This document shows positions 9,387 through 18,202 of a stretch of DNA of 64,000 nt, one piece after another. A program made the position numbers and the translations under genes. The DNA lies in IMG/VR virus record IMGVR_UViG_3300009128_000002; one strand, 5' to 3'. Each line of letters begins with the position of its first letter. Position 1 is the first letter of the stretch. The stretch comes from a virus. Below the pieces are notes generated by a model, which searched no databases, was not told the origin of the DNA, and worked only from the letters and a program-made list of their open reading frames with translations.

Positions 9387-10886
9387 ATGGAATTATTTGG
9401 TTATAAGATCGAAAAACAGTTAGGTTCGGCGGTAATTGAAAAGGGGACAAACTCTTTTGTACCGCCGGATTTAAATGACGGTTCCACTGTTATCAACGGA
9501 GGAGGTATTAATGCCTTCTCCACTAATTTTGATATATCTTTCAAAAACCAGAAAGATTTAATTGGACAATACAGAAATACTGCACAAAACCCAGAAGCAG
9601 AACTTGCTATTGATGATGTGGTTAATGAAGCAGTTGTATTAGATCCATATAAAGACGCAGTACAAATACATTTAGAAAAATTAGATGTATCTGAAAATAT
9701 TAAAACGACTATTGCAGAAGAATTTGCAACTATTTGTAAAAAGTTAGAATTCAATAATGCAGGCCCTGATATTTTTAAGCGTTGGTACGTTGATGGTGCA
9801 ATTCACTATCACATTATTTTTGACAATGAAAATGTCAAAAAAGGTATTAAAGAGTTGAGATATATTGATGCTCTAGATATCAAAAAAGTTAAAGAAGTTA
9901 CAAAAGATAAAGATAAAAACGGTATAGAAATAATTAAAGATGTAGAAGAATACTGGTTATACACCACAACAGGTGTAGGAGGTCTTCAAACACTTAAAGT
10001 TGCAGATGAAACTATTGCCGTTGCAGATAGTGGTTTATTTGACAGCGATAAAGAAGTTACATTGTCTTATTTACATAAAGCAATGAAACCTATTAATCAA
10101 CTTCGTATGTTAGAAGATGCGATGGTGATTTACAGAATTACACGTGCTCCAGAGCGTCGTGTGTTTTATATTGATGTTGGTAATCTACCTAAAACAAAGG
10201 CAGAGCAATATCTAAGAAACATTATGAACAAGTTCAAAAACAAAATGGTTTATGATGCTAGTTCAGGTAAAGTCAAAGACGGTAAAGATACTATGTCAAT
10301 GATGGAAGATTTCTGGTTACCACGTAAAGAAGGTGGTAGAGGGACAGAAGTTACTACATTGCCTGGTGGACAAAATTTAGGTGATATGGAAGATGTAATG
10401 TATTTTCAAAAGAAAGTATATCAATCACTTCATGTACCTCCATCACGTATGGAACAAGAACAAACTTGGGGCTTCAGTCGTGGTGGTGAAATTAGTAGAG
10501 ATGAAATTAAGTTTACAAAGTTTGTTACTAAACTAAGAAAACGTTTTTCGGATTTATTTTATACTTTATTGAGAACACAACTTATTGCCAAAGGTATTAT
10601 AAGTAATGGTGAGTGGAATTCGTATAAAGAAAATATTGATTTTATTTTTGCAGATGATGGTTACTTTAGTGAAATAAAGAAACTTGAAATGATGAATACT
10701 AGACTAGAAATGCTTGATACAATTACTAATGGTGAAATGATTGGTCGTTATTATTCTATAGAATGGGTTCGTAAAAACATTCTTATGCAGACTGATGAAG
10801 AAATTAGTGCCATGGATAAATTGATGGCTAAAGAAAAAGAAAATACACCAACAGACGACGATGGTGATGCAGACGATACATATTAG
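9387..10886 (+). CDS. gp20: Portal protein gp20
   Basis: YRITRAPERRVFYIDVGNLP and EDFWLPRKEGGRGTE motifs. Confidence 0.97.
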   Translation: MELFGYKIEKQLGSAVIEKGTNSFVPPDLNDGSTVINGGGINAFSTNFDISFKNQKDLIGQYRNTAQNPEAELAIDDVVNEAVVLDPYKDAVQIHLEKLDVSENIKTTIAEEFATICKKLEFNNAGPDIFKRWYVDGAIHYHIIFDNENVKKGIKELRYIDALDIKKVKEVTKDKDKNGIEIIKDVEEYWLYTTTGVGGLQTLKVADETIAVADSGLFDSDKEVTLSYLHKAMKPINQLRMLEDAMVIYRITRAPERRVFYIDVGNLPKTKAEQYLRNIMNKFKNKMVYDASSGKVKDGKDTMSMMEDFWLPRKEGGRGTEVTTLPGGQNLGDMEDVMYFQKKVYQSLHVPPSRMEQEQTWGFSRGGEISRDEIKFTKFVTKLRKRFSDLFYTLLRTQLIAKGIISNGEWNSYKENIDFIFADDGYFSEIKKLEMMNTRLEMLDTITNGEMIGRYYSIEWVRKNILMQTDEEISAMDKLMAKEKENTPTDDDGDADDTY

Positions 10887-10894
10887 GAGAAATT

Positions 10895-11206
10895 ATGAAT
10901 AATTTAGAAAAAATGATCAAATATGCAAGATCTAAAAAAGCGAATGATTTTAAAAGTGCATTTAATAGTGAATTGGCATCACGTGTTGCAGACAAATTAG
11001 ACACAATGAAACGTTCTATTGCAACTACTTTGTTTGCGAAAGAAGACGTTGAAGAAGTTACTGAAGAAGAACGTGATAAATGTAAACACTTAAAAGCAAT
11101 TTACGATAAGAATAAAGAAGACGTTGCTGATGGCGAAATGGCAAGTAACGATCCTGATTTAGCACGTTCTCGTGAAAGATATAAAAAATGTAGACGTTCA
11201 ATGTAA
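10895..11206 (+). CDS. Prohead core protein (gp67-position)
   Basis: Small helical ORF directly after the portal gene. Confidence 0.55.
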   Translation: MNNLEKMIKYARSKKANDFKSAFNSELASRVADKLDTMKRSIATTLFAKEDVEEVTEEERDKCKHLKAIYDKNKEDVADGEMASNDPDLARSRERYKKCRRSM

Positions 11207-11218
11207 ACTGGAGTTAGT

Positions 11219-11692
11219 ATGAAATCATTCAATACTTTAAGGGAAGAAACTACACAGGAAACATATTTTGCATTTTCTGAAGATGAATGGAATTCTCTTT
11301 CCGAAGAAGAAAAAGACGAATACCTTGATATTGAAGAAGATATTGAAGGTGAATTTGAAGCAGAAAATGGTGACGCCATTTGGGTTATAGGGGGTGAAGA
11401 ATACGTTTTAGTATCTGACGAAGATATTGAAGAAGCACGTGGTTTCAATGGACGCTCTAAAAGACAAGTACACAAAACACAGTTGAAAAAACGTCGTAAC
11501 AGAGGTCGTAACCGTAGAGAAAAAATGAAGATGAAGATTAAAAGAAGAAAATCTTCATTTAAAGTAAAACGCAAAAGACTTGAGAAAAAACGTCACAGAA
11601 AGTTTGGTGGTGGTGATATGTCAGGTAAAAGTGGAAAAATGGGTGCCGCCAGAAAACGTCGTGGTGGTCGATCTATTTCATATAAAGGATAA
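11219..11692 (+). CDS. Prohead core/internal protein (gp68-position); acidic N-half, very basic C-half
   Basis: Lies between gp20 and gp21; N-terminus MKSFNTLREE resembles a capsid-targeting leader. Confidence 0.6.
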   Translation: MKSFNTLREETTQETYFAFSEDEWNSLSEEEKDEYLDIEEDIEGEFEAENGDAIWVIGGEEYVLVSDEDIEEARGFNGRSKRQVHKTQLKKRRNRGRNRREKMKMKIKRRKSSFKVKRKRLEKKRHRKFGGGDMSGKSGKMGAARKRRGGRSISYKG

Positions 11693-11697
11693 CAATT

Positions 11698-12339
11698 ATG
11701 AGACTAATATCTGAAATTAATGAGCAAGTAAATTACCTAACAGAAGGTAAAGGAAAAGACTTATACATAGAAGGTGTGTTTTTACAAGCAGATTTGAAGA
11801 ATCGTAACGGACGTGTTTATCCTGGCTCTATTATGGAAAAGGAAGTTAAACGTTACACAGAAACATACATTGACAAGAAACGTGCTTTTGGTGAGTTAGG
11901 ACATCCTGATGGACCTACTATTAATCTTGACCGTGTATCACATATGATTACAGAACTAAAGAAAGATGGTTCAAATTATATTGGTAAGGCAAAGATTACA
12001 GATACACCACACGGAAATATTGTTAAGAATCTTATTAATGAAGGTGCCCAACTTGGTGTTTCGTCAAGAGGTATGGGAACACTGAAAGCAAATAAGAAAG
12101 GAATTCAGGAAGTACAAGGTGACTTTTATCTTGCTACTGCCGCTGACATTGTAGCAGATCCATCTGCACCAGATGCCTTTGTAAATGGTATTATGGAAGG
12201 TAAAGAATGGGTTTGGGATAATGGTATTATTAAAGAACAAGAAATTGCAGAGATGAAAAAAGAAGTTGAAAAAACTAGCAAAAACCGTTTAACGGCGTTA
12301 GAAGCACGTATTTTCAATGAATTTATCAATAAACTGTAA
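11698..12339 (+). CDS. gp21: Prohead protease gp21
   Basis: NRNGRVY, GELGHP, GVSSRGMG and DIVADPSAPDAFV motifs. Confidence 0.96.
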   Translation: MRLISEINEQVNYLTEGKGKDLYIEGVFLQADLKNRNGRVYPGSIMEKEVKRYTETYIDKKRAFGELGHPDGPTINLDRVSHMITELKKDGSNYIGKAKITDTPHGNIVKNLINEGAQLGVSSRGMGTLKANKKGIQEVQGDFYLATAADIVADPSAPDAFVNGIMEGKEWVWDNGIIKEQEIAEMKKEVEKTSKNRLTALEARIFNEFINKL

Positions 12340-12369
12340 TAATTTGTTGTTTGTTAAAGTAATAAGTTT

Positions 12370-12377
12370 TATAAATA
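12370..12377 (+). promoter_or_regulatory. Late promoter TATAAATA for gp22/gp23
   Basis: Exact consensus in the intergenic gap. Confidence 0.8.
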
Positions 12378-12438
12378 ATAGTAATTAGAAATAAAACTAA
12401 TTGAAGATTATAATCAAAAATAATTAGGAGAACCTAAG

Positions 12439-13536
12439 ATGAAGTTAAAAACAGAAACTGGCGAAATGTTAGTTTTAGATGAAGCACAGGAATTTTATAT
12501 TTCTGAAGATGCTACATCTGATACTTCAATTGAGGCGTCTGAAGTTGATGCATTATTAGAATCTGGCGATTTAGAAATTGTTGCTGAAGATACTGATGAT
12601 GTAACAGAAGGTGCTGCTGAACCTAAAGCGAAAAATGTAACTAAAAAGAAAAAGGTAATTCCTGGCTCTGGTGAAGTTATGGAAGATGACGACGAAGATG
12701 AAGACAAAGACGACATCGACGAAGACGCTGATGATGCAGACGAAGACGACGAAGTTGAAGAAGACAAAAAAGTTGCTAAAGAAGAAGTGGAATTAGAAGT
12801 TGACGTTCAAGAAGATATGGACGCATTATTCGACGGTCAAGAATTGACTGAAGACTTTAAAGCACGTACAACTTTAGTATTTGAAACTGCTGTTAAGGCA
12901 AAAGTTAAAGAAAACCTATCTGCTATCGAAGAAAAAATGGAAGCAGAATTAACTGAAAAAACAGACGCACTTTTAGAAGATGTGACTGCTAAGTTAGACG
13001 GTTACTTGGACTACATGGTAAACGAGTGGGTTGAAGAAAATAAACTTGCTGTTGAAAATGGTCTTAAAAATGAAATCTTAGAAGGTTTCGTTGGTGGTCT
13101 ACAAACATTATTCGCAGAAAATTACATTGAAGTTCCAGAGGACAAACATAACATCCTTGACGAACAAGCAAATGAAATTGCTAGTCTTAAAGAAGAGTTA
13201 GATGCTGAAATGAATAAAAACATTGAAGCACGTAAGTCTTTAGATGAAGCAACTGCTAAAGAAATTTTTGGTACAGTTTCTGAAGATTTGACTATGACAC
13301 AAGTAGAGAAGTTAAATTCTCTTGCTGAAGGTGTTGTATTTGAAGACGCTGAATCTTATACTGAAAAGTTAGAAACTTTGAAGGAAACTTACTTTCCTTC
13401 TGAAGAAAAGAAAGAAGAAGTAATTGCTGAAGGTAACACAGAAGTAAACACTAATGACGGAGAGATGAGCGATTCTATGAAACGCATCGTTGATTCGCTT
13501 TCATCAACAACCACGAAAAGCATCTTAGGTGCTTAA
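12439..13536 (+). CDS. gp22: Prohead scaffold protein gp22
   Basis: Acidic coiled coil; FETAV, YLDYMVNEW and KLETLKETYF motifs. Confidence 0.92.
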   Translation: MKLKTETGEMLVLDEAQEFYISEDATSDTSIEASEVDALLESGDLEIVAEDTDDVTEGAAEPKAKNVTKKKKVIPGSGEVMEDDDEDEDKDDIDEDADDADEDDEVEEDKKVAKEEVELEVDVQEDMDALFDGQELTEDFKARTTLVFETAVKAKVKENLSAIEEKMEAELTEKTDALLEDVTAKLDGYLDYMVNEWVEENKLAVENGLKNEILEGFVGGLQTLFAENYIEVPEDKHNILDEQANEIASLKEELDAEMNKNIEARKSLDEATAKEIFGTVSEDLTMTQVEKLNSLAEGVVFEDAESYTEKLETLKETYFPSEEKKEEVIAEGNTEVNTNDGEMSDSMKRIVDSLSSTTTKSILGA

Positions 13537-13567
13537 CATTTATAGTTAATATTAAGGAGAAAACAAA

Positions 13568-14761
13568 ATGTTTTTATCAGAAGAAATTAAAGATAAGTGG
13601 GAGCCGGTTATGGAGCACGCAGATGTACCTGCAATTAAAGATGCTACAAAACGAGCTATTACACTTCGTCTTTTAGAAAATCAACAGACAGCTTTAGATG
13701 AAGCTAATGTTACAGGTGCTAATGTAGATAACTGGGATCCAGTTCTTATTTCATTAGTTCGTCGTACTATGCCTAAACTTATGGCATATGACACAATTGG
13801 TGTACAACCAATGAGTGGTCCAACTGGTCTTATCTTTGCAATGAAATCTCATTACACTGGTAACGCCGCTACTGGTGCTGAAGCTCTTACTACTACTGCA
13901 GGTGCTCCAGATACAGATTTTGCTGGTGACGATGGTACTGCTGACGCAATGACTACTGCACAAGGTGAGAATCTTGGTGGTTTTGATGGTGGTGCAACTA
14001 CTTACAATGAGATGTCATTCTCAATTGAAAAGTCAAGTGTTACTGCTAAAACTAAGGCACTTAAAGCCAAGTACTCTTTAGAACTTGCACAAGACCTTAA
14101 AGCAATTCATGGTTTAGACGCTGAGTCTGAATTAAGTAACATTCTTTCAGGTGAAATTCTTGCTGAAATCAACCGTGAGATTATCAATACTATTAGTTCA
14201 CAAGCTACTGCTGGTGCTACTGCTGGTACTACTACTGCTGGTACTTTCGACGTTGCTGATGCAGTTGATAACCGTGGTGCTCGTTGGGGTGGTGAACGTT
14301 ATAAGTCACTACTTGTACAGATTAACAAGGAAGCAAACTTAATTGCTAAGAACACTGGTCGTGGTCGTGGTAACTGGTTAATCGTATCTCCAGATGTTGC
14401 ATCTGCTCTAGATATGACTTCTTCACTTGCTGAACCTAATATGTCACTTGACAACGGTTCACAACCTGACGTTACTGACAACGTGTTTGCTGGTACATTA
14501 GGTGGTAAGTTTAAGGTATTTGTTGACCAATTTGCTTCTAGTGATTCAGTAATCGTTGGTTTTAAAGGTTCAAATATGTATGATGCTGGTATGTTCTACT
14601 GCCCATACGTTCCATTACAGTTGATGAAATCAATTGGTGAAGAGGACTTCCAACCACGTCTTGGTTTCAAGACTCGTTACGGAATTACTATGAATCCATT
14701 TGCTTCTGGTGCTGCTGGTGCAAACCCTTACTTCCGTAAGTTTACTGTTACTAACCTGTAA
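13568..14761 (+). CDS. gp23: Major capsid protein gp23
   Basis: GVQPMSGPTGLIFAM, ELAQDLKAIHGLDAE and FQPRLGFKTRYG motifs. Confidence 0.98.
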   Translation: MFLSEEIKDKWEPVMEHADVPAIKDATKRAITLRLLENQQTALDEANVTGANVDNWDPVLISLVRRTMPKLMAYDTIGVQPMSGPTGLIFAMKSHYTGNAATGAEALTTTAGAPDTDFAGDDGTADAMTTAQGENLGGFDGGATTYNEMSFSIEKSSVTAKTKALKAKYSLELAQDLKAIHGLDAESELSNILSGEILAEINREIINTISSQATAGATAGTTTAGTFDVADAVDNRGARWGGERYKSLLVQINKEANLIAKNTGRGRGNWLIVSPDVASALDMTSSLAEPNMSLDNGSQPDVTDNVFAGTLGGKFKVFVDQFASSDSVIVGFKGSNMYDAGMFYCPYVPLQLMKSIGEEDFQPRLGFKTRYGITMNPFASGAAGANPYFRKFTVTNL

Positions 14762-14772
14762 TAGTTAAAAAG

Positions 14773-14820
14773 TTCCCCTACCTTGGGAAACCGTTAAACC
14801 CCCTTAATTGGGGGTTTTTT
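14773..14820 (+). terminator. Rho-independent terminator after gp23, preceded by a second small hairpin
   Basis: AAACCCCC-ttaatt-GGGGGTTT plus T-run (14796-14820); TTCCC-ctacctt-GGGAA at 14773-14789. Confidence 0.85.
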
Positions 14821-14839
14821 ATTCAATGAAATAAAACAT

Positions 14840-14847
14840 TATAAATA
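14840..14847 (+). promoter_or_regulatory. Late promoter TATAAATA for the gp3-like gene
   Basis: Exact consensus 5 nt upstream of the ATG, so the transcript would be nearly leaderless. Confidence 0.7.
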
Positions 14848-14852
14848 ATGGT

Positions 14853-15344
14853 ATGAGTGAAAGATTATCCCCACAAAAAATTAACTTTGCTAAATCAACT
14901 AATTACAAATTAGTTATTAATGCAATTCCAGGCACTACTTTTTGGTTGACTACTGCAAATATTCCAACAATATCGGCAAACGAAGTACCAATCCCAAATC
15001 CAATACATGGTCATACATACCAACCAACAACTACAACGATTTATGCACCATTAATGTGTACATTCTTAGTTGATGAAGATTTTAGTAATTATATGGAACT
15101 GTTAAACTGGATAAATATGACTAATCACCCAGACACTTCAAAAAGGGTAGACTCAAAAGTAGATATAAGAACTACAGGTAGTTTGCATATTTTATCTAAC
15201 AATAAAAATACATCAGATACTGTATTTACATTTCATAATATATTTCCTACTATTCTAGGCGAGATCCAATTTAACAACGATCAGGCAGAAGAGGTAATAA
15301 CAGACATAACACTACAATTCGATTATATGACAGTTGATACCTAA
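14853..15344 (+). CDS. gp3: Tail tube terminator / completion protein gp3
   Basis: ANIPTIS, FLVDEDFSNYMEL and FPTxLG motifs; typical position after gp23 in marine T4-like phages. Confidence 0.8.
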   Translation: MSERLSPQKINFAKSTNYKLVINAIPGTTFWLTTANIPTISANEVPIPNPIHGHTYQPTTTTIYAPLMCTFLVDEDFSNYMELLNWINMTNHPDTSKRVDSKVDIRTTGSLHILSNNKNTSDTVFTFHNIFPTILGEIQFNNDQAEEVITDITLQFDYMTVDT

Positions 15345-15347
15345 AAT

Positions 15348-15376
15348 TTGACTTTTTTAATATATTATGGTATAAT
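15348..15376 (+). promoter_or_regulatory. Sigma70-type promoter for uvsY
   Basis: TTGACT-N17-TATAAT with extended TG. Confidence 0.8.
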
Positions 15377-15382
15377 AGGTAT

Positions 15383-15793
15383 ATGAACTTAGAAGAACTT
15401 GAAAAACAGGTCGATAAAGACCTATACATAAATGAAACTGTACTTGCTAAAGAGTCATTAGCAACCCCAAATAAACATAATAAATACTTAAAATTACTTT
15501 TAAGGGAACGTTTGAAATTAAAGAAATTAAAAACCGACCTATATAGAGTATCATTGGGTAGAACTAACTATTATAATGGAAACGATCCAGATCCATATGA
15601 GTATGTACTTAAAGATAGGGAAGTTAAAGAATATGTAAAAGTAGACCCAATGGTTGTTGAAGCAGAAGCACGTGTTGTTATGCAAGAAGAAATGGTTAAG
15701 TATTTAGAAGAGATTTGTAAAATGTTTTCTGTTCGTGGTTTTGCAATTAAGAATGCGATAGATTTTATGAAATTTACACAAGGTGAAGTATAG
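15383..15793 (+). CDS. uvsY: Recombination mediator UvsY
   Basis: ESLxTPxxHNKYL and RGFAIKNAIDF motifs; directly upstream of uvsW. Confidence 0.88.
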   Translation: MNLEELEKQVDKDLYINETVLAKESLATPNKHNKYLKLLLRERLKLKKLKTDLYRVSLGRTNYYNGNDPDPYEYVLKDREVKEYVKVDPMVVEAEARVVMQEEMVKYLEEICKMFSVRGFAIKNAIDFMKFTQGEV

Positions 15794-15799
15794 TATATA

Positions 15800-17278
15800 A
15801 TGAGTGATATAGTAGTACACATCAAAGATGATGTATTTTTAAATGTAGAATGTGAGTCAGGTATTGGACATGAATTATCCGATTTCTTTACATTTGAAGT
15901 ACCTGGCTATAAATTTATGCCAGCATATCGTGCTAGAGCATGGGACGGTAAAATACGTTTGTTCAATGTATTTGGTGGTGAGGTTTATGTAGGTCTTTTA
16001 CCCTATATTATTGAGTTTGCAAAACGACGTGAATATACACTAGAATACCCTAAAAAACACATTATTCAAACCCTTAAATCCACTGAGGACTTCGTTAAGG
16101 GGTTAAATCCCCACGTTAATTCGTCCCCTATATTACCATACGAGTATCAAATAAAAGCCATTAATCACGCAATTAACAACGATAGGGCACTTTTACTATC
16201 ACCAACTTCATCTGGTAAGTCGTTTATGATATATGGGTTAACACAATATTACCGTAAAGAACAAGACCGTAAAATTCTTATTATTGTACCTACAACATCA
16301 CTTGTTGAACAACTATACAAAGACTTTGCTGATTATGCTTCTGAACTAGACCCTACGTTTTCTGACGACAACGTTCATAGAATCTATTCAGGCAAAGAAA
16401 AAGAAACTGATAAACAAATCGTAATCACAACGTGGCAATCTATTTACAAATTAAAGAAACCATTCTTTGAACAATTTGGTTGTGTTATTGGTGATGAAGC
16501 ACATAACTTCAAAGCAAAATCATTAACGTCTATTTTAACTAAGATGACAGATTGTAAATATAAGTTTGGTTTTACTGGTACACTTGATGGTACAACTACG
16601 CATAAATTAGTGCTTGAGGGATTGTTTGGTGCTGTTAAAAAAGTTATCACAACGAAACAATTAATGGACGATGAAACAATTACAAAATTACATATTGAAG
16701 CAATCATGTTGAAATATAAAGATGATGAACGCAAATTTGTAAAACAATTAACATACCAAGAAGAAATTGATTGGTTGATTGACCACCCTAAACGAAATAA
16801 ATTTATTTGTGACTTGTCTTTGAGTAGAACTAAAAACACATTAGTGTTATTTCAATTCGTAGAAAAGCACGGAAAGAAGTTATATGAATATCTTAAAAAG
16901 AAAGAACCAGAACGACCAATATTTTTCGTATCGGGAAACGTTGGAGTCGATGTTCGTGAGGAAATACGAGCAATCACCGAGAGTAGTACAAATGCTATTA
17001 TCGTCGCTTCATATGGGACTTATTCTACTGGTATCAATATTCGCAATCTTCATAACATTATTTTTGCTCATCCTAGTAAATCCCGTATTAGGAATTTACA
17101 ATCGGTTGGTAGAGGTTTACGAAAATCTGAAGGAAAGGAAGTAGCAACGTTATTTGATTTGAGTGACGATTTGTCTTGGAAGAAACACAAAAACTTTTCA
17201 TTGAAACATTTCATTGAAAGGGTAAAAATTTATAACACAGAAAAATTTGATTACAAACTAAGGAGCATTAAATTATGA
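15800..17278 (+). CDS. uvsW: Helicase UvsW
   Basis: WDGKIRLF, SPTSSGKS, GDEAH and LQSVGRGLR motifs. Confidence 0.95.
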   Translation: MSDIVVHIKDDVFLNVECESGIGHELSDFFTFEVPGYKFMPAYRARAWDGKIRLFNVFGGEVYVGLLPYIIEFAKRREYTLEYPKKHIIQTLKSTEDFVKGLNPHVNSSPILPYEYQIKAINHAINNDRALLLSPTSSGKSFMIYGLTQYYRKEQDRKILIIVPTTSLVEQLYKDFADYASELDPTFSDDNVHRIYSGKEKETDKQIVITTWQSIYKLKKPFFEQFGCVIGDEAHNFKAKSLTSILTKMTDCKYKFGFTGTLDGTTTHKLVLEGLFGAVKKVITTKQLMDDETITKLHIEAIMLKYKDDERKFVKQLTYQEEIDWLIDHPKRNKFICDLSLSRTKNTLVLFQFVEKHGKKLYEYLKKKEPERPIFFVSGNVGVDVREEIRAITESSTNAIIVASYGTYSTGINIRNLHNIIFAHPSKSRIRNLQSVGRGLRKSEGKEVATLFDLSDDLSWKKHKNFSLKHFIERVKIYNTEKFDYKLRSIKL

Positions 17279-17577
17279 ATATATCAGTAGTACATATGAA
17301 ACATACAGGCACAGAAGTTATTTGTGACCTAATTGAAATGAATGAAGAAAATATGGCAATCACTATCAAAGACCCACAGACGATTGGTGTAGTATCCCAC
17401 GATGACCAGGGCGCACAATTAGGATTTACACCATTTTTAATGAGTTGTAAGGACAATATTATACATTTAGCACTTCAAGACATTTTATTCATTGCAGAAG
17501 CAAACCCACAAATCGCAGAACAATATCAAAGTATGTTTTCTCCAATTGATCTACCAAGTCAGAAAATAATCACATAA
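17275..17577 (+). CDS. Sm-like fold protein of T4-like phages
   Basis: TGTEVICDL...IKDP...GFTPF...ILFIAEA...EQY pattern resembles the Sm-like family of marine T4-like phages (recalled, not searched). Confidence 0.55.
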   Translation: MNISVVHMKHTGTEVICDLIEMNEENMAITIKDPQTIGVVSHDDQGAQLGFTPFLMSCKDNIIHLALQDILFIAEANPQIAEQYQSMFSPIDLPSQKIIT

Positions 17578-17582
17578 ATCGC

Positions 17583-17636
17583 TTGACTTTTGTATAAGTA
17601 TAGTGTATAATATATTGAAAATTACACATATAAATA
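17583..17636 (+). promoter_or_regulatory. Tandem sigma70-type promoter and late promoter reading into the non-coding region
   Basis: TTGACT-N17-TATAAT (17583-17611); TATAAATA (17629-17636). Confidence 0.75.
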
Positions 17637-17639
17637 CAA

Positions 17640-17895
17640 ATTCTGCCTAGAACGTGAAAACTAGGATAGTAGCGAAAGTGAAGTGAGCAGACTATAATAT
17701 CTTAAACGTAATTAGATTGAGGTCTGTAATTTGATGCCAACGTGTAATGGCTAAATAATTAAAATAATCGTGTCAGGACTCTCACCACATAATGGTATCA
17801 TATAGTCCAGTAGAGATGGGTGAATTGACATTCAGTGGCAAATAGGAATCCGTAACCTATCTCTAGGGATTATAGTGTGTATAGAAGTTAACTTC
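17640..17895 (+). ncRNA. Candidate structured non-coding RNA of unknown class
   Basis: No ORF of 60 aa or more; several stems: CCTAG/CTAGG, CAGAC/GTCTG, GCCA/TGGC, ATAATC/GATTAT, GGACT/AGTCC, TAGAGATGGG/CCTATCTCTA, TGAAT/ATTCA. Confidence 0.5.
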
Positions 17896-17923
17896 AAGAT
17901 ACTAGAAGAAAATATAGATTAAG

Positions 17924-18118
17924 AAAATGAAGACGGTCTTGCGAAGCAAGACCCGAAAACACGTAACGAAGTGAAGTGTTTTCGATTGGTGTAGTCGATG
18001 TAATTTTAAACTACATTAAGCTACTCCAGTGACCTGAAGTGTATCAAATGGTTCTTCAATCTACATATGGACACTTCGTGCCCATATGTGGGTTACTTCG
18101 TAACCCTGTCTTCATTTT
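17924..18118. repeat. Inverted-repeat-bounded hairpin array with GAA triloops on opposite strands (origin-like)
   Basis: AAAATGAAGAC...GTCTTCATTTT encloses GGTCTTGC-GAA-GCAAGACC, CGAAAACAC..ac-GAA-gt..GTGTTTTCG, ACATATGGACAC-TTC-GTGCCCATATGT and GGGTTAC-TTC-GTAACCC. Confidence 0.8.
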
Positions 18119-18138
18119 ATTTAATTCTAGTTACTTGC

Positions 18139-18167
18139 TAGACATATAGTCATTTCTATGTTATAAT
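18139..18167 (+). promoter_or_regulatory. Sigma70-type promoter for gp55
   Basis: TAGACA-N17-TATAAT with TG. Confidence 0.65.
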
Positions 18168-18202
18168 TAATCTATTAAAACTACATTAATAAAGGATATA
18201 CA

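Noticed and set aside
18071-18106. cUUCGg RNA tetraloops
   Set aside because: The stems pair right up to c-TTC-g, and the UUCG reading lacks the C-G closing pair; the loops fit GAA triloops on the - strand better
17640-18126. Retron msr-msd, CRISPR array, tRNA/tmRNA or self-splicing intron interpretation of the intergenic region
   Set aside because: No reverse transcriptase or Cas gene in the window, no repeat-spacer periodicity, no cloverleaf or T-loop consensus, and the flanking genes are uninterrupted
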